Source: Bacteroidales bacterium (GTDB lineage: Bacteria > Bacteroidota > Bacteroidia > Bacteroidales > WCHB1-69). From it: a stretch of 64,000 nucleotides of DNA. The notes under the pieces were generated by a model. The model ran no database searches, was not told the DNA's origin, and saw only the letters and a program-made list of their open reading frames with translations. Numbering within the stretch: the stretch's first letter is position 1; every line of letters starts with the position of its first letter. Shown here piece by piece: positions 40,015 to 50,879 of this stretch. The DNA lies in NCBI GenBank assembly GCA_045534635.1, contig JAZSKB010000004.1, forward strand, positions 617-64,616, in the 5' to 3' direction. The position numbers and the translations under genes were made by a program.

Positions 40015-41268
40015 ATGGGCGAAAATCTTAATTTGATAGATACATTTTCCGAATTTAAGGAATTTAAAAGCGTTGACAGAGAAGCGTTAATGCGTATTTT
40101 AGAAGATGTTTTTAAGCAAATGCTGTATAAAAAATATGGACAAGATGCGAATATTAGCGTAATTGTAAACGTTGATAAAGGAGATGTTGAATTTCAACGT
40201 TGGTTAGAAATTGTCGAAGATGGCGAATTGACAAATGAAAGTACGCAAATAGAATTGTCAAAAGCAGTAAAAATAGAACCTGATTTTGAAGTCGGTGAAG
40301 AACTCTGTGAAACAATACATTTAAAAGATTTTGGCAGACGTGATATTTTATCTTTGAGACAAAGTCTATCGGCAAAATTGATGGAATACGAAAAAGATAT
40401 CATTTATCAAAAATATGATAAGAAAAAAGGAGAAATTGTAAATGGTACAGTTGTACACGTTTACAAAAAAGACCTTACTTTTGTTGATGAAGATGGTATT
40501 GAATTACAAATAAAAAGAAGCGAACTTATTCCAAGAGATTTTTATAAAAAAGGAGACCCTATTCGTGCCGTTGTTGTAAAAGCCGAACCAAGAGCCAATT
40601 CTTCTTTTATTATAGAAGCCTCTCGAACTTCTCCATTGTTTTTGGAAAGATTGATGGAAGAAGAAATTCCTGAAATTTATGATGGACTGATTATAATAAA
40701 AAATATTGTCCGTATGCCGGGAGAAAGAGCAAAAGTATCGGTTGAAACTTTTGACGAGAGAATAGACCCTGTTGGTTCTTGTGTTGGTATGAAAGGTTCT
40801 CGTATTCATGGTATTATGCATGAATTGAGAGAAGAAAATATTGATATTGTAAATTACACCTCTAATGCTGAATTGTTTATTGCCAGAGCATTAAATCCAG
40901 CAAAAGTTTCTACTTTGGAAATAGATGAACAAAGTAAAAAAGCCGTTGCTTCTATGAAACCAGACCAAATTTCTTTGGCTATTGGTAAAAATGGTTCCAA
41001 TATCCGTTTGGCAAGTAAACTTACTGGTTATGAAATTGATGTAGTAAGAGAAAATGCTATAGGAACAGAAGATGTCGATATTCAAGAGTTTAATGATGAA
41101 ATCGACCAATGGATACTCGATGTTTTGGTAAGTATTGGTTGCGATACAGGAAAGAGTGTATTAGAATTGGGTCGTGAAGAACTTATCCGTCGTTCTGATT
41201 TGGAAGAAGAAACTGTTGATGAAATCATCAGAATTATTACCAAAGAATTTGAAAGCGACGAAGAATAA
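40015..41268 (+). CDS. nusA: Transcription termination/antitermination factor NusA
   Basis: S1 and KH domain pattern (GSCVGMKGSRI, AIGKNGSNIRLA). Confidence 0.95.
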   Translation: MGENLNLIDTFSEFKEFKSVDREALMRILEDVFKQMLYKKYGQDANISVIVNVDKGDVEFQRWLEIVEDGELTNESTQIELSKAVKIEPDFEVGEELCETIHLKDFGRRDILSLRQSLSAKLMEYEKDIIYQKYDKKKGEIVNGTVVHVYKKDLTFVDEDGIELQIKRSELIPRDFYKKGDPIRAVVVKAEPRANSSFIIEASRTSPLFLERLMEEEIPEIYDGLIIIKNIVRMPGERAKVSVETFDERIDPVGSCVGMKGSRIHGIMHELREENIDIVNYTSNAELFIARALNPAKVSTLEIDEQSKKAVASMKPDQISLAIGKNGSNIRLASKLTGYEIDVVRENAIGTEDVDIQEFNDEIDQWILDVLVSIGCDTGKSVLELGREELIRRSDLEEETVDEIIRIITKEFESDEE

Positions 41269-41308
41269 TCATAAAATTAATTTGAATAAGGTTTAAAAAT
41301 AATATTAG

Positions 41309-44300
41309 ATGTCAGAGGAAGTAAAAAAATTGCCACGTTTAGGTAAAGCTGCCAAAGATTTTAATGTCAGTATTGCCACAATAGTAGAATTTCTATCTCA
41401 AAATGGATTTCCAATAGAAGATGGAGAGCAGTCAGATAAAAAGAAAGAAAATATAAAACTGACTCAAGAAATGTACGATTTGTTGGTAAAAACATATCAA
41501 TCAGACCGTAACACTAAAGAAAAAGCAGCCGAAATAGAAATAGGTGTCGCTACAAAAGCAGCGTTGAAAGCGGAAGCCGCCCAAAAACAAAATAAAGAAA
41601 AGAAAAAAGCAGAAAAAAAGGCTGCAAAAGTAGAAAAAAATGTGGATAATTCAGTAACAATTCCTGAAACTACAATAGAGCAAAACTCTGACCTCGAAAA
41701 TATTGTTGAAGAAATTGATAAAGAAGAAATTGTTGTTGAACCTGTTCTCGAAAAAATTAATATTGTCGAAAAACCTGAAGAAGAAAATTTTTCTTTGGAA
41801 AAACCAAAGATTCAAAAACCGAAAATCCTTGGAAAAGTTGATTTAACAAAAATTGATAAACCAACAAAACCTGTTAAAAAAACAAAATTAGAAAAAGCAA
41901 CTAAAAACAAATCAGAAAAAGTTGCTGAAAGACAGGATAATAAAGAGAATATTGAAGAATCTATTTCTAAAGAAATAAAATTAGAAACAGCATCAAATGT
42001 ATTGACAAATCCAATAATTGAGACAACTTCGGAATCAAAACTTGATGTTGAAATCAAACCAAGTATAGAAGAAAATATAGTAAATGAAAATACTTCTGAA
42101 AAAGTAGAAGCCACAACTTCACAAATAAAGGAAGAAAAGCCAATTGTTGAAGAACCAGCACAACAAATAGTAGAACCTATTAATGTTCAACAAGAAAAAC
42201 CAGAGCCAGAACATATCCGAACCGTAATACCACAATTGCAAGGTATTAAAACAACAGGGAAAATCGACCTTTCTGCAATAAATGATAAAACAAAACCAAA
42301 GAAAAAAAGTAAAGAGGATTTACGCAAAGAAAAAGAAGAGCGTATTCGTGCAGAAAAAATGATTGCAGAACAAATCAGGAGACAGAAAGAACAAGAAAGT
42401 GGTATTGTAAGAGAAACAAAGCCAAAAGAAGATAAAAAAGAAAATAATTTTATAAAAACAAAAGTAGAACGTCTTTCTGGAACAAAAGTTGTTGGAAAAA
42501 TCGACAATGTTGATGATTTGAAAAAAGGACATACCAAAGAAGGTGGTGAAAGAAAAGAAAAAAGAAAACGTATCACCAAATATAGCCCAGATGAAAAAAT
42601 GTCTTTTGAAACAAAAAAACAAGATTTCAAAGAAAGAAGGAAAGAAAGACATAGAGAAAAACGTCCAGATATTAATTTTGAGGAGGTTGAAGACCAAATC
42701 AGAAGGACTATGGCTAAAATGGGTCCTCTTGGAAAAACCAAAGCAGCAAAACATCGACGTGAAAAACGTGAGTTGATACAACAAGAAATGGAACAAGCTC
42801 AACAACGTCAAGCTTTGGAAAGCAATATTTTAAAGGTAACAGAATTTATTACCGCTAACGAATTAGCAACTATGATGAATGTTCCTGTTAACAAAATTAT
42901 TGCTACTTGTATGAGTGTTGGTTTATTTATTTCTATCAATCAACGATTAGAAAAAGATAATATCGAATTGTTGGCAGAAGAATATGGTTTTAAAGTACAA
43001 TTTTCTGATTCAGAACTTGAAGATGAAGTAAATATTAGTCAGGATGATCCAACATTATTAACATCGCGTGCCCCTATTGTAACCGTTATGGGACATGTTG
43101 ACCATGGAAAAACTTCTTTATTGGATTATATTCGCAAAACCAATGTAATAGCTGGAGAAGCAGGTGGTATTACTCAACATATCGGAGCATACGAAGTACA
43201 TTTGCCTGATGGCAGAAAGATTACTTTCTTAGATACTCCAGGACACGAAGCATTTACTGCGATGAGAGCACGTGGTGCAAAAATTACAGATATTGTTATT
43301 ATTGTAATTGCTGCCGATGATAGTGTAATGCCTCAAACAATAGAGGCTATCAATCATGCTCAAGCGGCTGGTGTTCCTATGATATTTGCTATCAATAAAA
43401 TAGATAAACCGGGAGCAGAACCTGACAAAATTCGTACCGCTTTGGCAAATATGAATTTATTAGTAGAAGAATGGGGTGGTAAAATTCAAAGTCAAGAAAT
43501 TTCTGCAAAAAAAGGTATCAATGTAGATATTCTTTTGGAAAAAGTATTGATAGAAGCCGAAATGTTGGAATTGAAAGCCAATCCAACAGGTATTGCCGCT
43601 GGTACCGTTATCGAATCTTCTCTTGATAAAGGTCGTGGTTATATCGCTAAAATGTTGGTTCAAAATGGAACTCTCAAAAAAGGTGATATTGTTGTTGCCG
43701 GAACAAGTTTTGGTAAAATTAAAGCAATGTACAATGAACGTAATCAATTGGTAACAGAAGCAGGACCTTCTACTCCTATATTATTGTTAGGCTTAGATTC
43801 TGCTCCTCAAGCGGGAGATACTTTTAGAGTTTATTCCGAGGAGCGTGAAGCAAAATCTGTTGTTAGCAAACGTCAACAATTGTTGAGAGAACAAGGTATC
43901 CGTGCTCAAAAACATATTACCCTTTCTGAAATTGGAAGAAGAATTGCTATTGGTGATTTCAAAGAATTGAATATTATTATCAAAGGTGACGTAGATGGTT
44001 CAATAGAAGCATTATCCGATTCTGTATTGAAATTATCAACAGAAGATGTTCAAGTGAATGTTATTCATAAATCGGTAGGACAAGTTACAGAATCTGATGT
44101 ATTGTTGGCTTCTGCTTCAAATGCTATTATTTTGGCTTTCCAAGTTAGACCATCGAATGGAGCAAAAAAACTTGCAGAACAAGAACAAATAGACATACGT
44201 ACATATTCTGTTATTTACGATACAATCAACGACTTGAAAGAAGCAATTGCAGGAATGAAAGCACCTGAATTGAAAGAAAATATTGTTTGTAATATAGAAG

Positions 44301-44569
44301 TTAGAGAAACTTTCCACATCTCGAAAGTTGGTACTATTGCAGGTTGTTACGTTCTTGATGGAAAAGTACAACGTACTACAAGAATACGTATTATTAGAGA
44401 TGGTATTGTTATTTATACTGGTCGTTTAGGTTCTCTCAAACGTTTCAAAGATGATGTTCGTGAAGTTACTGCTGGTTATGAATGCGGTTTGAATATCGAA
44501 AGTTTCAATGATGTTCGTATTGGCGATATTATCGAAGGTTTTGAAGAAGTTGAAGTTAAAAAATCTTAA
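41309..44569 (+). CDS. infB: Translation initiation factor IF-2
   Basis: Long K/E-rich N-terminal region. GTPase motifs [17 protein letters not shown]. Confidence 0.95.
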   Translation: MSEEVKKLPRLGKAAKDFNVSIATIVEFLSQNGFPIEDGEQSDKKKENIKLTQEMYDLLVKTYQSDRNTKEKAAEIEIGVATKAALKAEAAQKQNKEKKKAEKKAAKVEKNVDNSVTIPETTIEQNSDLENIVEEIDKEEIVVEPVLEKINIVEKPEEENFSLEKPKIQKPKILGKVDLTKIDKPTKPVKKTKLEKATKNKSEKVAERQDNKENIEESISKEIKLETASNVLTNPIIETTSESKLDVEIKPSIEENIVNENTSEKVEATTSQIKEEKPIVEEPAQQIVEPINVQQEKPEPEHIRTVIPQLQGIKTTGKIDLSAINDKTKPKKKSKEDLRKEKEERIRAEKMIAEQIRRQKEQESGIVRETKPKEDKKENNFIKTKVERLSGTKVVGKIDNVDDLKKGHTKEGGERKEKRKRITKYSPDEKMSFETKKQDFKERRKERHREKRPDINFEEVEDQIRRTMAKMGPLGKTKAAKHRREKRELIQQEMEQAQQRQALESNILKVTEFITANELATMMNVPVNKIIATCMSVGLFISINQRLEKDNIELLAEEYGFKVQFSDSELEDEVNISQDDPTLLTSRAPIVTVMGHVDHGKTSLLDYIRKTNVIAGEAGGITQHIGAYEVHLPDGRKITFLDTPGHEAFTAMRARGAKITDIVIIVIAADDSVMPQTIEAINHAQAAGVPMIFAINKIDKPGAEPDKIRTALANMNLLVEEWGGKIQSQEISAKKGINVDILLEKVLIEAEMLELKANPTGIAAGTVIESSLDKGRGYIAKMLVQNGTLKKGDIVVAGTSFGKIKAMYNERNQLVTEAGPSTPILLLGLDSAPQAGDTFRVYSEEREAKSVVSKRQQLLREQGIRAQKHITLSEIGRRIAIGDFKELNIIIKGDVDGSIEALSDSVLKLSTEDVQVNVIHKSVGQVTESDVLLASASNAIILAFQVRPSNGAKKLAEQEQIDIRTYSVIYDTINDLKEAIAGMKAPELKENIVCNIEVRETFHISKVGTIAGCYVLDGKVQRTTRIRIIRDGIVIYTGRLGSLKRFKDDVREVTAGYECGLNIESFNDVRIGDIIEGFEEVEVKKS

Positions 44570-44606
44570 TAATTAATATAGTAAAAATCGTAGTAAAATT
44601 GAATTT

Positions 44607-45014
44607 ATGAGTTTTGTAAAAGAGTTTAAAGAATTTGCTGTTAAAGGCAATGTAGTTGATATGGCTGTCGGTGTTATCATTGGTGGTGCTTTTGGAAAAA
44701 TTGTATCTTCTTTGGTAAACGATATTATTATGCCTCCTATTGGTTGGTTGATTGGTGGTATGGATTTTTCAAAATTGAGTCTTACTTTGCCTCAAATTAC
44801 AGAAGGAGACCCTGTAACTTGGAATTATGGTAATTTTTTGCAAGTTACTATTGATTTTTTGATAGTTGCTTTTTGTATTTTTATGCTTATCAAAGGAATT
44901 AATAAATTGACAAAGAAAAAAGAAGAACCAGCAGCATCTCCTGCTCCTCCAACCCCAACAAAAGAAGAAACGTTGTTAACAGAAATAAGAGATATTTTGA
45001 AAGAAAAAAAATAA
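44607..45014 (+). CDS. mscL: Large-conductance mechanosensitive channel
   Basis: [27 protein letters not shown] signature. Confidence 0.95.
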   Translation: MSFVKEFKEFAVKGNVVDMAVGVIIGGAFGKIVSSLVNDIIMPPIGWLIGGMDFSKLSLTLPQITEGDPVTWNYGNFLQVTIDFLIVAFCIFMLIKGINKLTKKKEEPAASPAPPTPTKEETLLTEIRDILKEKK

Positions 45015-45062
45015 ATTTATTCGTTAATTTATCGAGAACATAGTTTTTTATTATTATTTATT

Positions 45063-45098
45063 ACCAAGAGAATAATCAAAAAATTCTCTTGGTTTTTT
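45063..45098. terminator. Bidirectional terminator between mscL and hflX
   Basis: 11-bp stem ACCAAGAGAAT / ATTCTCTTGGT followed by T6. Confidence 0.8.
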
Positions 45099-45143
45099 AT
45101 TTTGCAAAAAATGGATAAAAAATATTGTTTAGTTTGAAAAATA

Positions 45144-46334
45144 TTATTCTTCAGAAGGATAATCCCATAAAAAATTATTGTAAGGATATATTTTTACATG
45201 AAGACGTTTAACTTCTTGATACACCAATTTTTTAAATTGTTCTATATTTGTTTTATCTTTAGCGGAAATAAACAATGTTGGAAATTTACTTTTTGCCATC
45301 CATGTTTGTTTAAGTTCTTCAAGAGAAATATTTTCTTTTGTTGGTTCTGTAAGGTCATCAGGGTCTTTTTCTATCCAAGTATAATTGTCTATCTTGTTGA
45401 AAATAAGTATTGTAGGTTTGTTTTCCGCTCCAATTTCGCAAAGAGTTTGCTCCACAATTTCTATTTGAGATTCAAAATCGGGGTGAGAAATATCTATTAC
45501 ATGTAGTAAAAGGTCGGTTTCTCTTACTTCATCAAGTGTAGATTTAAACGATTCTATTAATCCGTGTGGTAATTTTCTTATAAATCCTACAGTATCAGAA
45601 AGTAAAAAAGGAAGATTATCAAAAACAACTTTACGTACAGTAGTATCTAAAGTTGCAAATAATTTATTTTCTGCAAAAACATTTGATTTGCTTATCAAAT
45701 TCATTATTGTAGATTTACCTACATTGGTATAACCAACCAAAGCCACTCGAACAAATGCTCCGCGATTGCTTCTTTGGGTTGCTTTTTGTCTATCTATTAG
45801 TTTAAGACGTTCTTTTAATAAAGACATTCTTTGTCGGACGATTCTTCTGTCGGTTTCGATTTCTTTTTCTCCAGGACCTCGCATTCCTATACCTCCTCTT
45901 TGTTTTTCAAGGTGTGTCCACATTCTTGTTAAACGGGGTAAAAGATATTCGTATTGTGCCAATTCTACTTGTATTTTAGCGTGTGCTGTATGGGCTCTGG
46001 AGGTAAATATATCTAAAATAAGGCGAGTTCTGTCTATTACTTTGCAAGACGATAAACATTGTTCTATGTTGCGTGTTTGCGAGGGTGACAATTCATCATC
46101 GAAAATAATAGTATGAACATTGTTTTCTTCTACAAAAATGGCAATTTCTTCCAATTTCCCTCGACCAATATATGTTTTGGGATTGGGTTGAGGTAGCGAT
46201 TGTAAAAAACGTTTTATTTCTTTTCCTCCTGCTGTTTCGGCTAAAAAGGATAATTCGTCTAAATATTCATTTGTGCGTTCCTCATCTTGATTTGAATGTA
46301 TCAAACCAACTAAAACTACATTTTCTAATTCCAT
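45144..46334 (-). CDS. hflX: GTPase HflX
   Basis: GYTNVGKST, DTVGF, NKID motifs. The track GTG start (46367) lies in the -7 box, so I use ATG 46334 (MELENVVLVG). Confidence 0.9.
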   Translation of the reverse strand: MELENVVLVGLIHSNQDEERTNEYLDELSFLAETAGGKEIKRFLQSLPQPNPKTYIGRGKLEEIAIFVEENNVHTIIFDDELSPSQTRNIEQCLSSCKVIDRTRLILDIFTSRAHTAHAKIQVELAQYEYLLPRLTRMWTHLEKQRGGIGMRGPGEKEIETDRRIVRQRMSLLKERLKLIDRQKATQRSNRGAFVRVALVGYTNVGKSTIMNLISKSNVFAENKLFATLDTTVRKVVFDNLPFLLSDTVGFIRKLPHGLIESFKSTLDEVRETDLLLHVIDISHPDFESQIEIVEQTLCEIGAENKPTILIFNKIDNYTWIEKDPDDLTEPTKENISLEELKQTWMAKSKFPTLFISAKDKTNIEQFKKLVYQEVKRLHVKIYPYNNFLWDYPSEE

Positions 46335-46348
46335 TACCTTGTTTTCAA

Positions 46349-46461
46349 TATTTTGCAAAGATAACACTTTTTTATAACTTTCTAAGTTGAATTTTTAATC
46401 GCACTCCAAGTAGTCAATTTTTGATAAAAAAATGAAAAAAATTTTTTTTGCAAAGTTTTTG
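46349..46461 (+). repeat. Dispersed intergenic repeat, copy E (right promoter arm plus part of segment 2; segment 1 absent)
   Basis: The reverse complement of 46349-46390 aligns to 6936-6976 with 2 mismatches and 1 indel. 46400-46458 aligns to segment 2. It contains the hflX -7 box (46356-46363, minus strand). Confidence 0.85.
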
Positions 46462-46517
46462 TTGAGAAATTTTGTGAGGTAAAATTGATAATTTTTCGTT
46501 GTTAATTAAAAAAATGC

Positions 46518-46525
46518 TATCTTTG
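46518..46525 (+). promoter_or_regulatory. -7 promoter box TATCTTTG (lpxD)
   Basis: TAnnTTTG match 27 nt upstream of ATG 46552. Confidence 0.6.
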
Positions 46526-46551
46526 CGAAATGGATATAATTGTTAAGCACG

Positions 46552-47598
46552 ATGAAATTTACAATAAAAGAAATTGCACAAGTTATCAATGGAACAATAG
46601 AAGGCAATCCAGATGCGATAATAGATAAATTTTCAAAAATAGAACAAGGCGAAGAAGGAGGATTGTCATTTTTGGCGAATGTAAAATATACACCGCATAT
46701 ATATACAACTAAAGCAACTGCGGTACTGGTTAGCAATACATTTCAACCAACACAACCATTAAAATGTACGCTAATTCGAATAGAAGACCCTTATTTGGCA
46801 TTTGCTCAATTGATGACATTTTATCAAGAAAAACAAAATAAAGTAGGAATATCTTCATTTGCAGCATTTGGAGAAAACGTTAAAATAGGAAAAGATGTTT
46901 ACATTGGAGATTTTGTTTCAATAGCCTCTGGGGTTGTTTTGGGAGATAATGTAAAGATATATCCTCATACTTATATTGGAGAGAATGTAGTTATAGGCAA
47001 CAATACTATTTTGAATCCGGGAGTAAAAATACATCATGATTGTATAATAGGCAATAATTGTACATTGCATGCAGGAGCAATTATTGGAGCAGATGGTTTT
47101 GGATTTGCACCACAAAAAGATAATCAATATATGAAAATTCCACAATTGGGCAATGTTGTCATAGAAGATAATGTTGATATAGGAGCAAATACATGTATTG
47201 ATAGGTCAACAATGGGTTCGACAATAATTCGTAAAGGGGTAAAATTGTGCAATTTTATACAAGTTGCCCACAATTGTGAAATAGGCGAAAATACCGTTAT
47301 GGCAGCTCAATGTGGTATAGCTGGTTCGACAAAAATAGGAAAAAATTGTATTTTCGGAGGACAAGTAGGGGTAAATTGGCATTTGCAAATAGGTGATAAT
47401 GTTCAAGTTGGGGCACAAAGTGCGATTAGTCACAATGTAAAAGACAATGCAGTTTTGTTGGGAACTCCAGCCTTCAACGCAAGTGATTGTGTGAAATCGT
47501 ACACAATGTTCAAATTTCTCCCTTCATACGTCAATCGTATCGCTGATTTAGAAAAACAAGTAAAAGAGTTATCAGAAAAAATAAACACTTCAAAATAA
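46552..47598 (+). CDS. lpxD: UDP-3-O-acylglucosamine N-acyltransferase
   Basis: Left-handed beta-helix hexapeptide repeats; N-terminal MKFTIKEIAQVINGTIEG. Confidence 0.9.
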   Translation: MKFTIKEIAQVINGTIEGNPDAIIDKFSKIEQGEEGGLSFLANVKYTPHIYTTKATAVLVSNTFQPTQPLKCTLIRIEDPYLAFAQLMTFYQEKQNKVGISSFAAFGENVKIGKDVYIGDFVSIASGVVLGDNVKIYPHTYIGENVVIGNNTILNPGVKIHHDCIIGNNCTLHAGAIIGADGFGFAPQKDNQYMKIPQLGNVVIEDNVDIGANTCIDRSTMGSTIIRKGVKLCNFIQVAHNCEIGENTVMAAQCGIAGSTKIGKNCIFGGQVGVNWHLQIGDNVQVGAQSAISHNVKDNAVLLGTPAFNASDCVKSYTMFKFLPSYVNRIADLEKQVKELSEKINTSK

Positions 47599-47603
47599 AT
47601 ATA

Positions 47604-48788
47604 ATGAATATTAGGGAGTTGTTTTTCAATTGTATGGCTCAAACTTCAACAGAGCCTTTAGCAATAACAATAGAAAATGCCCAAGGGGTAAATTTATTTT
47701 CTGAAAAGGGCAAAAAAATTATAGACCTTATTTCAGGAATTTCAGTTAGCAATGTTGGACATTGTCATCCAGAAGTAGTTCAAGCGATAAAAAATCAAGT
47801 GGATAAATATATGCATTTGATGGTTTATGGTGAATTGGTACAATCGCCACAAGTTCTTTTTGCACAAGCACTTACGAATATTTTACCTTCCAACCTCAAT
47901 GCGGTATATTTTGTCAATTCTGGTTCAGAAGCAATAGAAGGAGCAATAAAATTGGCTAGAAGATATACACAACGAACAGAAATACTTTCTTGTTACAATG
48001 CTTATCATGGTTGTACCAATGGAGCAATGAGTGTTATGGGAAGTGAAAATTTTGTTCGTAATTTTCGTCCACTTTTACCAGATTGTAACAAAATTCGTCA
48101 TGGTAATGTTGAGGATATAAATTTAATTACTGATAAAACAGCCGCCGTAATAATAGAAGTAATTCAGGGAGAAGCCGGTGTCCGAACAGCCGATAGTATT
48201 TTTTGGCAAAAATTAAGAGAAAAATGTACACAATGCGGTACTATGCTCATTTTTGATGAGGTACAAACAGGTTTTGGTCGTTCAGGAAAAATGTTTGCTT
48301 TTGAAACTATTGGTGTCATTCCTGATATATTGGTTTTAGCCAAGGCAATGGGAGGAGGTATGCCCGTAGGAGCATTCATTTCAGAAAAATCTATTTTAAA
48401 TTGTTTTACAACAAATCCTGTTCTTGGTCATATTACTACTTTTGGTGGTCATCCAGTATGTTGTGCCGCAGGATTGGCTTCATTACAAATTATTTTTCGA
48501 GAAAAATTGTTTGAAGAAGTAGAAAAAAAAGCTCAATTGTTTGTTAATCAAATCAAAACAATGCAACATGTAAAACAAATTCGTCAAAGTGGATTGATGA
48601 TAGCCGTTGATTTTTTTGATAAAGAATTGAATTTCAAAATAGTAAAGGAATGTCTAAATGCAGGTTTACTCACCGATTGGTTTTTATTTTGTGATACCGC
48701 AATGAGAATATCTCCACCATTGGTTATTCAAGAAACAGAAATAGAAGAAGCCTGTTGTATTTTACGTTCTGTTTTAAAAAATATTTAA
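47604..48788 (+). CDS. Class-III PLP aminotransferase (acetylornithine/GABA aminotransferase family)
   Basis: SGSEAIEGAIKLAR and DEVQTGFGRSGK motifs. Confidence 0.85.
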   Translation: MNIRELFFNCMAQTSTEPLAITIENAQGVNLFSEKGKKIIDLISGISVSNVGHCHPEVVQAIKNQVDKYMHLMVYGELVQSPQVLFAQALTNILPSNLNAVYFVNSGSEAIEGAIKLARRYTQRTEILSCYNAYHGCTNGAMSVMGSENFVRNFRPLLPDCNKIRHGNVEDINLITDKTAAVIIEVIQGEAGVRTADSIFWQKLREKCTQCGTMLIFDEVQTGFGRSGKMFAFETIGVIPDILVLAKAMGGGMPVGAFISEKSILNCFTTNPVLGHITTFGGHPVCCAAGLASLQIIFREKLFEEVEKKAQLFVNQIKTMQHVKQIRQSGLMIAVDFFDKELNFKIVKECLNAGLLTDWFLFCDTAMRISPPLVIQETEIEEACCILRSVLKNI

Positions 48789-48881
48789 AAATTAATAAGC
48801 AATTTTGAAATAAAAATTCCTGATATGACTTCAACCTAAAAAAATATTGAACAATAAACAATAAGAATATAAGTAAAAATG

Positions 48882-48972
48882 ATAGTTCAAAAAAATGACA
48901 CAAAAAAATTGCTTGTAACTACCTGATATACAGTAGCATTATAGGCTTTTTATAGTGTATTGTTTTGAGGCT
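48882..48972 (-). repeat. Dispersed intergenic repeat, copy F (segment 1 only)
   Basis: ...CTACCTGATATACAGTAG...TTTTATAGTGTATTGTTTTGAGGCTG aligns to segment 1 of copy A in the same strand sense. Confidence 0.85.
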
Positions 48973-49125
48973 GTTTTTTTTCATGAACTTTTGGATGAAT
49001 ATTTAAATTACTTCGCAAAAGGTAAGATTACAAATTCATCACCAAAAATTGAGAAAGTATATTATCAAAATCAAGCTTTGCAAAACAAAGAACTTCCACC
49101 TCGTAATGGGAATGACTACCAATAA
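48937..49125 (+). pseudogene. Start-less gene remnant running out of repeat F
   Basis: Open frame with no ATG: ...FIVYCFEAVFFHELLDEYLNYFAKGKITNSSPKIEKVYYQNQALQNKELPPRNGNDYQ*. The first ~12 codons are repeat-derived. Confidence 0.3.
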
Positions 49126-49154
49126 ATTCCAATAACATATAAAATATTAACATT

Positions 49155-49622
49155 ATGAAAATAATTATTAAAAACATGTGTGTCTTTATCGTACTATTAT
49201 ATAATATAAATATATCACTATGTCAGAAAAATATGGATTGTTATTTGCATTTCCAAGATAATCCTTCAGATAGATTTTATATTTCAAATTCAACATTTGT
49301 TACATCTATAGATAGTTGTTTTTGTAGTAAAGATACACTATTTGTTATATTGAAATCACTTGTTAAGATTAAGGTATCATGTCAAGAAAGTACCATTCAA
49401 ATTCGCGACTACAAATCAGATAGCATAGAATATTACCATGCATTTAGGAAAAATAAAAGTAAATATAAGTATAGTTTTTCTTTACTGGATTGTTATTCAA
49501 TGAAAAGTATTTCATACATCATAATTAAAAACTATTACTGCATTCGATATTTTAAGCATAAAAGGAGGAATCTCTATATTCAGGTTGCATCCGAAATTTT
49601 TTCAGATACTAAAAAGTTTTAA
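49155..49622 (+). CDS. Hypothetical small secreted protein
   Basis: 155 aa with an N-terminal hydrophobic signal; Cys- and Tyr-rich; extremely AT-rich. I recognise no motif. Confidence 0.45.
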   Translation: MKIIIKNMCVFIVLLYNINISLCQKNMDCYLHFQDNPSDRFYISNSTFVTSIDSCFCSKDTLFVILKSLVKIKVSCQESTIQIRDYKSDSIEYYHAFRKNKSKYKYSFSLLDCYSMKSISYIIIKNYYCIRYFKHKRRNLYIQVASEIFSDTKKF

Positions 49623-49637
49623 AGAAATATTTTTTTG

Positions 49638-49645
49638 TATCTTTG
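49638..49645 (+). promoter_or_regulatory. -7 promoter box TATCTTTG (glycosyltransferase)
   Basis: TAnnTTTG match 25 nt upstream of the TTG start at 49670. Confidence 0.6.
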
Positions 49646-49669
49646 CAAAATAATTTTTAATTTACAATT

Positions 49670-50845
49670 TTGAAGATAGTTGTATTATTATCAAGGGTTC
49701 CTTATCCGCTGGAAAAAGGCGATAAACTTCGAGCGTTCAATCAATTAAAAGAATTGTCAAAACGACATGAGATTTATCTTTTTGCTCTTAACGAAGGAGC
49801 ATTGCATCCTCAAGCAAAAAGTATTTTAAGTCCGTTTTGCAAACAAATATACATATTAAAATTATGTAAAGCAACAATATTTTTCAATTTGATTAAGTCT
49901 TTATTTCAAAAGATTCCTTTTCAATGTAGTTATTTTTTTAATAAGAAACATTACAAATTTATCAATCAAGAAATTGATAAAATTGCTCCTGATGTTATTT
50001 ATACTCAACTTATTAGAACAACAGAATACGTCAGACATCGCAAAGAAAAGAAAATTTTAGATTATCAAGATGTTTTTTCCAAAGGAATGTTTCGTTTAAT
50101 GGAAAAAGCCCCATTTTATAAAGCGTGGATTTACCGATTGGAATATCGTCGTTTGCTTCGATACGAAGGAGATGTTTTTAAAGATTTTGATTATAAAACA
50201 ATTATAACACAAGTAGATAGAGCTTTGATACATCACCCTAAGGCCGAACAAATTGTAGTTGTTCCCAATGGTGTTGATACACAATATTTTGAACCACAAA
50301 AAGTAGAAAAAATTTACGATATTATATTCACAGGAAATATGTCTTATACTCCGAATGTTTTCGCATGTGAATATCTTGTAAAAGAAATATTGCCAGAATT
50401 GCTTAAATATGAGCCAAATATCAAAATAGTATTATGTGGTGTAAATCCTTCTCCAAGAGTTTGTGCTTTGAAAAGTAAAAATGTAGAAATTACAGGTTGG
50501 GTCAACGATATTAGAAGTTATTATGCTCAATCGAAAATTTTTGTTGCTCCTATGGAATTAGGTACAGGTTTACAAAACAAACTTTTGGAAGCAATGGCTA
50601 TGCAATTACCTTGTATTACCTCTCCATTAGCAAGCAAACCTATCAATGCTGTTCACAATTCAGAAATTATTGTTTGTAATAGTGTTTTGGGTTATGTTGA
50701 TGCTATTATTCATTTATTACATCAACCTGATTTTTACAATCTTGTTGCCAACAATGCTTACCAATTTGTAAAACAAAATTACAATTGGACAGAGACTACA
50801 AAAATTTTGGAAAATTTAATTTTAGAAACAAAAAATACATTTTAA
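49670..50845 (+). CDS. GT-B (family 4-like) glycosyltransferase
   Basis: 391 aa. C-terminal G..NKLLEAMAMQLPCITS (E-x7-E region). TTG start, with no ATG nearby downstream. Confidence 0.7.
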   Translation: MKIVVLLSRVPYPLEKGDKLRAFNQLKELSKRHEIYLFALNEGALHPQAKSILSPFCKQIYILKLCKATIFFNLIKSLFQKIPFQCSYFFNKKHYKFINQEIDKIAPDVIYTQLIRTTEYVRHRKEKKILDYQDVFSKGMFRLMEKAPFYKAWIYRLEYRRLLRYEGDVFKDFDYKTIITQVDRALIHHPKAEQIVVVPNGVDTQYFEPQKVEKIYDIIFTGNMSYTPNVFACEYLVKEILPELLKYEPNIKIVLCGVNPSPRVCALKSKNVEITGWVNDIRSYYAQSKIFVAPMELGTGLQNKLLEAMAMQLPCITSPLASKPINAVHNSEIIVCNSVLGYVDAIIHLLHQPDFYNLVANNAYQFVKQNYNWTETTKILENLILETKNTF

Positions 50846-50879
50846 CAAACTTATTTTTAACTTTTTAACATTTTTTTTT

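Noticed and set aside
42187-42811. Two long antisense ORFs (184 and 163 aa) inside infB
   Set aside because: They lie opposite the K/E-rich low-complexity region of IF-2. Their F/S/L-rich translations are the mirror image of AAG/GAA repeats, so they are not genes.
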